Below are positions 31,496 to 40,674 of a stretch of 64,000 bases of DNA, in pieces (the first letter of the stretch is position 1; each line of letters starts with the position of its first letter). This stretch comes from an uncultured Planctomycetota bacterium. GTDB taxonomy: Bacteria; Planctomycetota; PLA2; JAEUHO01. The translations under genes were made by a program, and so were the position numbers. Below the pieces are notes generated by a model, which searched no databases, was not told where the DNA came from, and was given only the letters and a program-made list of their open reading frames with translations. The stretch lies in the NCBI GenBank assembly GCA_963752285.1, contig CAVVXN010000005.1, positions 32,001 to 96,000 on the forward strand, read 5' to 3'.

Positions 31496-33151
31496 TCATC
31501 GCCCGGGGTCGGCGCCCACCAGCTCGACCTCCACCCCGGCGGGCGCCGCGTGTGCGAGGGCGTCCACGACCCAAGCGAGCCGTGCACGCGTGGGGGGATC
31601 GGGGGGGGCGAATCGCAGCGTGGCGCACGGTCGTCCCTGGTGGCGCGTGAGCACGCGGGGCCGCAGGGACAGGCGTGCGCTCGCGACCTCGCCGAGCGGG
31701 ACGCTCCGCCCGTCGCGGACCCCGACCGGGAGCGAGGTCCGCTCCAACGGGCTCCGAGCGCCCTGTCCGTACCGGACACGGACCCGACGCGCGCGGCCGT
31801 CCACACGACACGTCGCAAGGAGCACGAGCCCGTCCCCCGCGGCCTCGAGGAGGCGGCGGACGTCCCGTTCCTCGAGCCCCAGGGCACGAAGTCGATCCGC
31901 GTCGAACCGCCACGACGGGCTCGGCGCCACGTCGAGTCCCGCGCGCGTAAACCGCGCCGTGGGGACCGCTTCGCGAACCTGCGCCTCGGCGCGCGCCATC
32001 TGCGCCTCGAGCACGGAGCGGTCGTCGCCGGTGAACCGGATCGCGGGCGCGGTCCGGAGGTCGTCGGCCGCGGACACGGCCGCGGACGGCACGGCGGCCG
32101 TCATCGCACGGACGAGATCCCCCGTCGCCGTGGGGTCCGCGGGCCCAAGGAGCACGCGGGCGAAGGTGCCGGCCAGGGGCTCCTCGTCCTTCCCGTCCTC
32201 GACGATCACGATCGGCTGCGCGCGGTCCGAAGCCGTCTCCGCGACGGCGCGCCGTGCCGCCTCCAGGGCTCGTTCCTTCGACGTGCCGGCAGGGAACGCG
32301 AGGCGGACCTCGTCCCACCGGTCGAGTAGCGCGAGGTCCACACCCGGCACCGGGGACGACCTCCGGAACGCGTCGAGCGCGCGGGCGACGCCCACCCGCG
32401 CGACGCGGACGGCCTCCGACACGTGCACCGCGAACAGCACCGCGGGGCCGTTCGCGAGGCGGACCCAGCCGTCGTCGGTCGCGAGCGCTGTCCGGACCTC
32501 CGCGACGTCTCGCACGCGCACGTCGGGCGCCACGACGACGTCGCCGAGGGCCTCCGGCGACGCGAGCGGCTCCGTGGGGCCGGTCGGGACCAAGGAGAGC
32601 GCGTCGAGGACGCGCGCCCACGCGAGACCGCGCGCCGCGAGCCGCTCCGGCGAGACCACCACCTCGACCTCCGGCGTCGGGGCGCCGATCGGATCGACGC
32701 GTCGGACGCCGGCAACGCGCGCGAGCGCCTCGCCGACCGCCTCGGTCGGCGCGACGAGGTCGGCAATCGTCCCGTCGCGCCGGAGGACGACGTAGAGCGT
32801 CGCGGTCGGCCCCGCGTCGAGGAAGACCTCGACCTGGACGTTCGGGGGCAGGGCCGCGGCCGCCACCCGGTCGCGCACGGCGGCGAGGAGATCGGACGGG
32901 CTCGCGGGGAAGGAGAGACGGAGGAACGCCGCGCCGTCGCGCGTGACGTCGTCGAGCGAGGCGAGCCCCGGGAGGTCCTTCAGCGCGGACTCGAGGGGGA
33001 GCACGCCCTGCATCTCGAGCGCCTCCGCCGTCGCCCCGGGCGCGCGGAGGCGGAGGACCACGCTCTCGGCCGCCGGTCCCGCTCGCGCCCGGCCGGCGGC
33101 GAGCGCGACGCCGAGGAGACTCGTTCCGAGGAGCAAGGCCTTCCGCCGCAT
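31496..33151 (-). CDS. AcrB/RND-like protein consisting only of the periplasmic porter and docking domains
   Basis: Signal peptide; PGATAEALE..VLPLESAL..LPGL, VAGVRRV...PERLAARGL, VRVRDVAEV, PAGTS, GDDRSVL, DGRSVPLGEVA, TRHQGRP; no TM helices. Confidence 0.75.
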   Translation of the reverse strand: MRRKALLLGTSLLGVALAAGRARAGPAAESVVLRLRAPGATAEALEMQGVLPLESALKDLPGLASLDDVTRDGAAFLRLSFPASPSDLLAAVRDRVAAAALPPNVQVEVFLDAGPTATLYVVLRRDGTIADLVAPTEAVGEALARVAGVRRVDPIGAPTPEVEVVVSPERLAARGLAWARVLDALSLVPTGPTEPLASPEALGDVVVAPDVRVRDVAEVRTALATDDGWVRLANGPAVLFAVHVSEAVRVARVGVARALDAFRRSSPVPGVDLALLDRWDEVRLAFPAGTSKERALEAARRAVAETASDRAQPIVIVEDGKDEEPLAGTFARVLLGPADPTATGDLVRAMTAAVPSAAVSAADDLRTAPAIRFTGDDRSVLEAQMARAEAQVREAVPTARFTRAGLDVAPSPSWRFDADRLRALGLEERDVRRLLEAAGDGLVLLATCRVDGRARRVRVRYGQGARSPLERTSLPVGVRDGRSVPLGEVASARLSLRPRVLTRHQGRPCATLRFAPPDPPTRARLAWVVDALAHAAPAGVEVELVGADPGR

Positions 33152-33203
33152 CTCGCGGATGCTACGGTCGCCCGCCGGGGCGACCCCGGGGTACGCTCTT
33201 CGC

Positions 33204-34061
33204 ATGAAGCCCGGCGGCCTCGTCGTGCCGATCCTCCTCGCGGCGACCCTCGCCTTCGCCGTGCCCGAGGGCTGGCACACTTCGAGAAAGGACGGCCTCG
33301 CGGCCGCCACCACCAGCGGGAAGCCGCTCTTCCTCGTGACGCTCTGGCCCCCGAACGTGTGAGGGTCCTGCGACGCCTGGCGGAGCCGGGTGGAGACGGA
33401 CGAAGGGGTGGGGAAGGCCCTCTCGCGGTTCGAGTGCGTGGAGGAGGTCTACGACGGGCTTGGAGGGAACGTGATCGCCTGGACGAAGGCGCACGGAGGC
33501 ACGAGCGACGATCCCTCGGCGCAGGTCTTCGTGCTGGGCCGGGACGGCGCCTTCGTCGCGCGGGCGTCCGACGCGACCGCGCACGACCCGAAGGCCCTCG
33601 CGACCTGGCTCGGCGAGCAGTCGAAGGCGTACGAGCGGGCCCATCCGAAGACCGCGCTCCCCCTCGTTCGCGCCGAGGTCGCGATCGAGGGCCAGGGCGA
33701 GGACGAGAAGGCGGTGTGCGCGGCCCTCGACGACGCGAAGCGGCGGGGCGCGCCGGCCCTCCTCTACTTCGGGCGCGACGCGGCGCCCGCGGGCGACAGG
33801 AAGCTCGGGAAGGAGGTCGAGGCGTCGCAGAAGCTCGAGCGGGGCGCGCTCGACGCGAAGTCGGCGGCCCAGGCCGCGAAGGGCTGGGTGCTCCTGCGCT
33901 TCGACCTCGCGGACCCGACGCACGCGCGGCTCGCGAAGTCGTTCGGGGTCGGGGCGGCGCCGGACGTGGTGCTGGTGGTGCCGGGCGGGGACGCGCCGAT
34001 CGACCTCGGCGTCCCGAGCGCGGCGACGCTGTGCTACCGGTTGAAGAAGCACGCGCCCTGA
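33204..34061 (+). CDS. Candidate selenoprotein: exported tandem thioredoxin-fold protein with UxxC (U53-G-S-C56)
   Basis: ORFs 32943..33362 and 33390..34061 share a frame, separated only by TGA 33360-33362: ...W-x4-DGLAAATTSGKPLFLVTLWPPNV-U-GSC-DAW...; hairpin follows. Confidence 0.85.
33365..33401 (+). promoter_or_regulatory. Bacterial SECIS-like stem-loop
   Basis: Lower stem GTCC/GGAC; upper stem CGCCTGGC(33374-33381)/GCCGGGTG(33385-33392); apical loop GGA 19 nt after TGA. Confidence 0.7.
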
Positions 34062-34192
34062 ACGGCGCGGCGTCGGCCGAGACGGTCGGGCGTGCTCGGC
34101 TCCGGCGGGACCGCACGGCCGCCGGATCCCGGATTCGGGACGTCCCCTCGTGGCGTGGGAGAACAAAGCCCCGGACAGGAGACCCCGTCCCC

Positions 34193-34681
34193 ATGCACGA
34201 GCACGAGCCGCTCCCGGACTCCGTACGCGAGACCATCGACCTCTGGGTCTCGGACTTCGCCGAGCGTCCGGCCGCGGTGGAGCCCCTCGCGCGCGTGGGG
34301 ACGCACGGGCTCGAGGTCCTGGCCAGCTTCCTCGGGGCCGCGTGCCACGGCGGCGTGGAGCCGCCCGACATCGAGGGGGGAGAGGTCGCCCACGCGCTCC
34401 TCGACCACGTCGCGACCCTGGCGCTGCCGCCCGCGTCGCGCGACGCGGTGCCCGATCTCGTCGCGGCCTTCCTCGCCGACCTGGAGGAGGTCGGCCGGCT
34501 CTCGGGCGGGCGCGCGCTCGCGGCCCAGGTGCGCGCGACGGCGCCGGCCTACCGCGAACGTGCGTCCGGGCGTACCCACGTCGAGAAGCGGGTCGCGCCC
34601 AAGGTCGGCCGGAACGACCCCTGTCCCTGCGGGTCCGGGAAGAAGTACAAGCGCTGCTGCATGAACGCGCTGGACCGCTGA
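34193..34681 (+). CDS. SEC-C motif (Zn-binding) domain protein
   Basis: C-terminal KVGRNDPCPCGSGKKYKRCC; AGGAG SD. Confidence 0.88.
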   Translation: MHEHEPLPDSVRETIDLWVSDFAERPAAVEPLARVGTHGLEVLASFLGAACHGGVEPPDIEGGEVAHALLDHVATLALPPASRDAVPDLVAAFLADLEEVGRLSGGRALAAQVRATAPAYRERASGRTHVEKRVAPKVGRNDPCPCGSGKKYKRCCMNALDR

Positions 34682-34709
34682 GCCGTTCGGCTCGCACGGG
34701 GAGGGCCCC

Positions 34710-35258
34710 ATCTCCGCACCCGACGCATCCTCCGCGCGAGCGGCCGCCATCCGGGGCTACGTCTCGACGACCCTCGCGCTCCTCGGAGACGAGGATGCCG
34801 TCGAGGTCCTCGCGCGGACCCCCGTCCGCGTCGCCGCGCTGGTCGCGGACACGGAGCGCGCCGTCCTCGACCAGCCGGAGGCGCCGGGCAGGTGGTCGGT
34901 ACGCGAGGTCGTCGCGCACCTGGCGGACGTCGAGATCGCGTGGGCCTGGCGGCTCCGGCGCGTGCTGGCCGAGGACCGGCCGGCGCTGTCGGGCTTCGAC
35001 CAGGACCTCTGGTCCGCGCGCTTCCGCTACGCCGAAGCGCCGCTGGAGCCGAGCGTCCGGCTGCTCGTCACGCTCCGAGAGTCGAACGTCGCCTTGCTCC
35101 GGGATCTCCGGCCCGGCGACCTCGAACGGGTGGGCGTGCACGAGGAGCGCGGCCCCGAGAGCCTCGTGCGGATGATCGGCCTCTACGCGGGGCACGACCT
35201 CGTCCACCTGCGCCAGATCGACCGCATCCTGGCCGCCGCGGCGACCGGGAGCGCGTGA
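34710..35258 (+). CDS. DinB family protein; no canonical start (candidate ATC 34710)
   Basis: PGRWSVREVVAHLADVE, FDQDLW, AGHDLVHLRQI; the first motif lies upstream of the first GTG (34962). Confidence 0.8.
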   Translation: MSAPDASSARAAAIRGYVSTTLALLGDEDAVEVLARTPVRVAALVADTERAVLDQPEAPGRWSVREVVAHLADVEIAWAWRLRRVLAEDRPALSGFDQDLWSARFRYAEAPLEPSVRLLVTLRESNVALLRDLRPGDLERVGVHEERGPESLVRMIGLYAGHDLVHLRQIDRILAAAATGSA

Positions 35259-35430
35259 GCGAGGCGAGGCGCGCGCTTCGCTCCGGCTCGTCGCGTCCGC
35301 GGACCCGAGGAGCTCTTGCACCGAGGTCCGGGCGCGCGACGGCGGGTCTGCCGCGACGCCCAGCACGCGTCTCGTCGGGTGGCGCGGCCCCGGGTTGCGC
35401 GCCGGCGGGCCCCCGCGGACACTCGGTCGC

Positions 35431-37770
35431 GTGACCGCATCGACCGTCTCCGTCGGGGCGTGGCGGGTGGGGGTGGCCCTCGCGCTGGCCGTCCTCGTCT
35501 CGGCGTCCGCCGCCGGGGACGACGCGCCGCGCCGCGCCGCGGGCTGGCGCCTTCCCGACGCCTCGCCCGACGCGATCCTCTTCTGGGCGGGCTCCGCAGC
35601 GCGGAAGATCCGACCCGACGAGGAGGTGCCCGAAGCGCGGTCCGAGGCCATGACGGTTCGGGCCGCGCGAAACGAGGTGGACGCCGTAGAGCTCGTGGTG
35701 CGGCCGGCGCGGGCGATCGACGGGTTCGTCGTGCGGGTGTCGGAGCTCGCACCGCCGACGGGGTCGCGCGCTTCTCCCGCACCCACCGTGGAGGTGCTCC
35801 GGGTCGCGACCGTGATCGTGACCACGCCGACCGACGAGAGCGCGTCGCCGGGCCCGTGGCCCGACCCGCTCCTCCCGATCGAGGGAGCGCTCTCGCTCCC
35901 GGCGGGCGGGAACCAGGCGTTCTGGCTGCGGGTGCACGTCCCGAAGTACGCGGCGGCCGGCACGTGGAGGGGCACGGTCGATCTCACGGCCCCGGGACTC
36001 GCGGCGCGCGTGCCCCTCCTCGTCACCGTCTACGACTTCACGCTGCCCGACCGTACGACGCTCCGCACGGCCTTCGGGTTCTCGGCCGGGGAGGTGATCC
36101 GGTACCACCGGCTGCGGACCCCCGAGGACCGGCGGCGCGTGGTGGACCTCTATCTCGACGACCTCGCGGCGCACCATCTCTCCCCGTACGACCCAGCTCC
36201 CCTCGACCCGATCCGCGTGACGTGGCCGAGCGTTTCCCCGCCGCGCTCCCCGTACGCCGACTGGACGAACGCGCGCATCGTCGGGAACGAGGTGCACACG
36301 GGGCATGGCGCCCTCCTCCTGTACGACGACCGTCCCGACGAGAACATGTCGGTCGGCTACGCGCCGCTCGTCACGATCCCGCCGGGCGGGTTTTACGTTT
36401 CCTTCTGGTACCGGACGGCCGTTCCGGGCGCGCGCTTCCTGCTCGCGATGGAGCACTTCGACGAGGCGAAGCGGTGGCTCTCGGGGCGGAACCTCGACAC
36501 CCTCGTCGAGGGCGACGGGACCTGGCAGCACTTCGAGGCCCGTGTCATCGAGTTCCCTCCGGGTGCGCGCTTCGTCCGCTTCCGCGCGTACGCGGCCCCG
36601 TGGACCGAGAAGGGGGAGGGCATCGGCCTCGTGTGGCTGGACGACGTGTCCGTCGAGGACCCCGACACCGGCGCCTCGCTCGTCCCGGGAGGCGACTTCG
36701 AGCCCGTCCGTCGGACGGAGACCGTCCTGCCGCCCGACCAGCTCGTGCCGCACTTCGACTTCGAAGCGTGGGACCGCGCGATGATGCGCGCCTTCCAGGC
36801 GCGCCACGTGAGCTCGTTTCGGGTGGACGTTCCCGGGCTCGGAAGCGGGACGTTCTTCGGCGCCCAGGCGCCCGGCCTGCTCGGGTTCGGTGAGGACACG
36901 CCCGAGTACCCTCTCCTCTTCGACGCGTACGTGAAGGGGGTCGAGGCCCACCTGCGCGAGAAAGGGTGGCTCGACGACGCCTATGTCTACTGGTTCGACG
37001 AGCCGGACCCTGCCCAGTACGAGCACGTGCGCAAGGGCTTCCTCAGGCTCCGGGGCGCGGCGCCGGGCCTTGCCGGCATGCTGACCGAGCAGGTCGAGGA
37101 CGCCCTCGTCGGCGGCCCGTCGATCTGGTGCTGCCTCACGCCGCGCTTCGACGCGACACGGGTCGCCGAACGCCAGCGGGCCGGCGAGCACGCCTGGTGG
37201 TACGTCTGCACGGCGCCCAAGGCCCCGTACGCGGGTCTGTTCCTCGACCACGCGGCGCCCGAGATGCGGGTCCTGCTCTGGCAGACGTGGAAGCGCCAGG
37301 TCGAGGGCCTCCTCGTCTGGCAAACGGACTACTGGACCAGCCCGACCGCGTACCCGGATCCCGGCGCGCCGCAGGACCCCTACGCGGACCCGATGAGCTG
37401 GACGACCGGCTACGGCGTGCCCGTGGGCACGCGACACCCGTGGGGGAACGGCGACGGCCGGTTCCTCTACCCGGCGCCCGGCGCGCGGCCCGACGCCTCC
37501 CAGCCGCCCGTGCTCGCCGGCCCCGTGGACTCGATCCGGATCGAGCAGCTCCGCGACGGCATCGAGGACTACGAGTACCTCGCCCTGCTCCGCCGGCGCC
37601 TCGCGGCGCGCGGCGCGTCGCTCTCCCCCGAAGACCGGGCGCGGTACGAGGCGCTCCTCGAGGTCCCGGCGTCGATCACCGAGTCGCTCACGCGCTTCAC
37701 GGACGACGGCGAGCCGATCGAACGCCGCCGCGACGAGATCGCGCGGGCCATCGAGGCCCTCTCCGACTGA
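35431..37770 (+). CDS. DUF4091/GH123-like glycoside hydrolase with inserted CBM-like domain
   Basis: Signal peptide; AARNE, YWFDEP, WWYVC, GNGDGRFLYP, SIRIEQLRDGIEDYEYL. Confidence 0.85.
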   Translation: MTASTVSVGAWRVGVALALAVLVSASAAGDDAPRRAAGWRLPDASPDAILFWAGSAARKIRPDEEVPEARSEAMTVRAARNEVDAVELVVRPARAIDGFVVRVSELAPPTGSRASPAPTVEVLRVATVIVTTPTDESASPGPWPDPLLPIEGALSLPAGGNQAFWLRVHVPKYAAAGTWRGTVDLTAPGLAARVPLLVTVYDFTLPDRTTLRTAFGFSAGEVIRYHRLRTPEDRRRVVDLYLDDLAAHHLSPYDPAPLDPIRVTWPSVSPPRSPYADWTNARIVGNEVHTGHGALLLYDDRPDENMSVGYAPLVTIPPGGFYVSFWYRTAVPGARFLLAMEHFDEAKRWLSGRNLDTLVEGDGTWQHFEARVIEFPPGARFVRFRAYAAPWTEKGEGIGLVWLDDVSVEDPDTGASLVPGGDFEPVRRTETVLPPDQLVPHFDFEAWDRAMMRAFQARHVSSFRVDVPGLGSGTFFGAQAPGLLGFGEDTPEYPLLFDAYVKGVEAHLREKGWLDDAYVYWFDEPDPAQYEHVRKGFLRLRGAAPGLAGMLTEQVEDALVGGPSIWCCLTPRFDATRVAERQRAGEHAWWYVCTAPKAPYAGLFLDHAAPEMRVLLWQTWKRQVEGLLVWQTDYWTSPTAYPDPGAPQDPYADPMSWTTGYGVPVGTRHPWGNGDGRFLYPAPGARPDASQPPVLAGPVDSIRIEQLRDGIEDYEYLALLRRRLAARGASLSPEDRARYEALLEVPASITESLTRFTDDGEPIERRRDEIARAIEALSD

Positions 37771-37831
37771 ACCTCCGAGGGGACCCGCGTGCACGGCCTC
37801 CACGCCGGCACGATGCACGGCGGAAGGCGCC

Positions 37832-38285
37832 ATGGAGCTCCGGGCGTGGGACCCCGATCGGGACCGGGCCGCCGTGGTCCGCGTGTTCCGCGCGTGCGGC
37901 TGGGCCGGCGACGCCGACGACGACCGGCGCGCTCGCCCGGACGCACCTCGACGGCGAGAGCGTCGCGTTCCGGCTGTCGCTCACGGATCCCCGGCCGGAC
38001 CTCCTCTCCCCGGAGACGCGGCGGAGGTATCCGGGCCTCGGCGGCCCGTGGGTCGTCACCCTGGGTCCCGAGTCGGGGGCCGTACGGGGACGAGGCGACG
38101 CGACGCGGCCCGAGCTCTCTGCCGCCGTGGGCACGTTCACGCGCCTCTGGCTCGGCGTGAGGCGGCGCTCGGACCTCGCGTTCTCGTGTCCCGACCTCGC
38201 GGCGCCGCCCGCTCTCCTCGCACGTCTCGACGCCCTGCTCCGTCTGCCGCCCCCGCTCTCGGATTGCGACTACGGACCCGCGTAG
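37832..38285 (+). pseudogene. Internally deleted remnant of an Eis-like GNAT acetyltransferase
   Basis: N-terminus MELRAWDPDRDRAAVVRVFRACGW in one frame joined near 37925 to an SCP2-like tail (AVGTFTRLWLGVR...DL..P.ALLARLD) in another frame. Confidence 0.6.
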
Positions 38286-38327
38286 GATGCCGCACGTGCG
38301 ACGAGTAGCGACCTCGCGGAGGTGGAG

Positions 38328-39131
38328 ATGGACCGGCGCGCTCTTCTCGTCCCGTTGTGTCTCGTCGTCGCGTGGGTTCCCGCTCGCGCGCGTGCCGAGG
38401 AGCCGGCTGGCGACGCGGTCCTCGCCAGGGTGAGGGACATCCTGGAGTCGAAGGACGCGTACGCGGCGGCCGAGTACGTGCAGCGGCTCGGCCCCCCGCC
38501 GGAGGTGGCGAAGGCCTACGCGCAGCTCGTGATGGACCTGTACGGGAAGGCGAAGGACGCCGCGGCGGTGGTCGAGGTGGGGCGCGCCGGCATCCTCTAC
38601 GTCCTGACGAGGGCCGAGGACCTCGCGGCGACCGATCCCGAGAAGGCGTCCGCGTGGCGGGCGCACGCGAAGTCGATAGCGTACAACGTCGGCTCGTTCA
38701 CGTGGCCCGGGTGGGGCGAGGAGGGCATCCGGCTCACCGACGACCTCGTCCGGGCGGGCCGCGAGGCCGCGGACCTGGACCTCCGGCTGGCGGAGGAGCT
38801 CGACGAGCCCGCGGGCGCGCGCGCGGCCGCCCACTGGCTCGTGGGCGCCCACCGCCTCGCGCGGGGCGACTTCGACGGCGCCTCCGAGGCGTTCGGGTCG
38901 GCGCGCGACATGTCGCACAAGGCCAACGACGTGGACGGCGAGCGCATGGCGGTGGGGTACACCGCGCTCGCGCACGCGCTCGACGGCGAGGCCGACGGCG
39001 CCGATCAGCTGGCGGCCGCGCTCTACGACCTCCGTAGGCGCACGACCGAGAACGCGACCTTCTACGCCGACCAGATCGAGAAGGCGAAGCCCGCGCTCTC
39101 GGCGTGGCTCGGGCAGAAGTCCCATCGCTGA
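38328..39131 (+). CDS. Secreted helical/TPR-like hypothetical protein
   Basis: GGAGG SD; signal peptide ending ARA; alpha-helical repeats. Confidence 0.75.
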   Translation: MDRRALLVPLCLVVAWVPARARAEEPAGDAVLARVRDILESKDAYAAAEYVQRLGPPPEVAKAYAQLVMDLYGKAKDAAAVVEVGRAGILYVLTRAEDLAATDPEKASAWRAHAKSIAYNVGSFTWPGWGEEGIRLTDDLVRAGREAADLDLRLAEELDEPAGARAAAHWLVGAHRLARGDFDGASEAFGSARDMSHKANDVDGERMAVGYTALAHALDGEADGADQLAAALYDLRRRTTENATFYADQIEKAKPALSAWLGQKSHR

Positions 39132-39343
39132 CCTCGCCGCGGTCCGACCGTCGTCCGAGCGCCGCGTCCCGGTGTCGGGCGCGCGCGCGTGGGGAGCGCG
39201 ACGACCCGTCCGGACTCCGCGCGGCGGCGCTCGAGAACCGGTTGGGGGGGGCGTGTGCGGGGGAGTACGCTCCGGGCCTCCCATCGGCCCCGGGGAGGGG
39301 CATGGGAGGCCGCCGGCGCGTCGCGGCGCGAGGGAGGCCCGTC

Positions 39344-40591
39344 ATGCCGAACATCGACACGGGGAACACCGCGTTCATGCTGCTCTGCTGCAGCCTCGTC
39401 ATGCTCATGACGCCGGGACTCGCGTTCTTCTACGGCGGGCTCGTCGGGCGCAAGAACGTCCTCTCGATCATGATGCAGAGCTTCGTCTCGATGGGGTGGA
39501 CGACGGTGCTCTGGTGGGCCTGCGGGTTCTCCCTCTGCTTCTCGGGAACCCACGCGGCCGGGACCGACGTCGGGGGCGTGATCGGGAACTTCGACTGGGC
39601 GTTCCTCCACGGCATCACGCTCGCGACCCCCTCTCCCAACCCGTCGATCCCCATGCTCGTGTTCTGCGCCTACCAGATGATGTTCGCGATCATCACCCCC
39701 GCCCTGATCACGGGCGCCTTCGCGAATCGCATCACGTTCAAGGCCTACATGCTGTTCCTCACGGGTTGGCTGCTTCTCGTCTACTTCCCGTTCGTGCACA
39801 TGGTGTGGGGCGGCGGCCTCCTGGCGGAGTGGGGGGTCAAGGACTTCGCGGGCGGCATCGTGGTGCACAACATCGCCGGCATCGCCGCGCTCGCCTCCGT
39901 CCTCTACGTCGGCCGCAGGAAGGTCGAGGACCGCGGCCCGCACAGCATCCCGCTCGTGGCCCTCGGCACGGGGCTCCTGTGGTTCGGATGGTACGGGTTC
40001 AACGCCGGCTCCGAGTTCCGCGTGGACTCGGTCACGGCCGTCGCGTTCCTGAACACCGACATCGCGGCGTCGTTCGCGGCGATCTCGTGGCTCGTCGTCG
40101 CCTGGACGCTGCAGCGGAAGCCCAAGTTCCTCGGCCTGCTCACCGGCGCCGTCGCGGGGCTCGCGACGATCACGCCCGCGGCCGGCTACGTGTCGCCCGC
40201 CGCGGCCGCCGCCATCGGCGCGATGGCGGGCTGCGTGTGCTACGGCGCCGTGGCCCTCAAGAACCGGTGGAAGTGGGACGACGCCTTGGACGTCTGGGGC
40301 GTCCACGGCGTGGGCGGTTTCCTGGGGATCGTGCTCCTCGGCGTGTTCGCGACCACGGCGTGGAACCCCGTAAGCAGCGGCGGCGTGGACGGATTGCTCG
40401 CGGGCAACGCCGGCTTCTTCGTGAAGCAGCTCGGCGCGGTCCTCGTCTCGTCCGGCTGGGCGTTCGTCTTCACGCTCGGCATGCTGTGGGGCATCGACCG
40501 GCTGACGCCCGTGCACGTCGCCGAGGGACACGAGGAGCGTGGCCTCGACGACGCGCTCCACGGGGAGACGGCGTATCTCGAAGGGGCGTGA
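39344..40591 (+). CDS. amt: Ammonium transporter
   Basis: LMTPGLAFFYGG, DFAGGIVVH, WFGWYGFN, GLATITPAAG, DDALDVWGVHG (twin His). Confidence 0.96.
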   Translation: MPNIDTGNTAFMLLCCSLVMLMTPGLAFFYGGLVGRKNVLSIMMQSFVSMGWTTVLWWACGFSLCFSGTHAAGTDVGGVIGNFDWAFLHGITLATPSPNPSIPMLVFCAYQMMFAIITPALITGAFANRITFKAYMLFLTGWLLLVYFPFVHMVWGGGLLAEWGVKDFAGGIVVHNIAGIAALASVLYVGRRKVEDRGPHSIPLVALGTGLLWFGWYGFNAGSEFRVDSVTAVAFLNTDIAASFAAISWLVVAWTLQRKPKFLGLLTGAVAGLATITPAAGYVSPAAAAAIGAMAGCVCYGAVALKNRWKWDDALDVWGVHGVGGFLGIVLLGVFATTAWNPVSSGGVDGLLAGNAGFFVKQLGAVLVSSGWAFVFTLGMLWGIDRLTPVHVAEGHEERGLDDALHGETAYLEGA

Positions 40592-40674
40592 GGAGCCGTC
40601 CCGCAGGGCGACGGATCGCGACGCGGAGACGACGTTCGCGCGCTCCCGGTTCCCGGGGTATCCATGGCCTGCCG

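Noticed and set aside
31478..31503. 13-bp tandem duplication CGGGCTCATCGCC at the stop of the RND-like gene
   Set aside because: Probably local slippage; no functional evidence
33204..33362. Treating the 52-aa upstream part and 33390..34061 as two separate genes
   Set aside because: Same frame, the break falls exactly in the Trx active-site motif, and the downstream GTG has no clear SD or signal peptide
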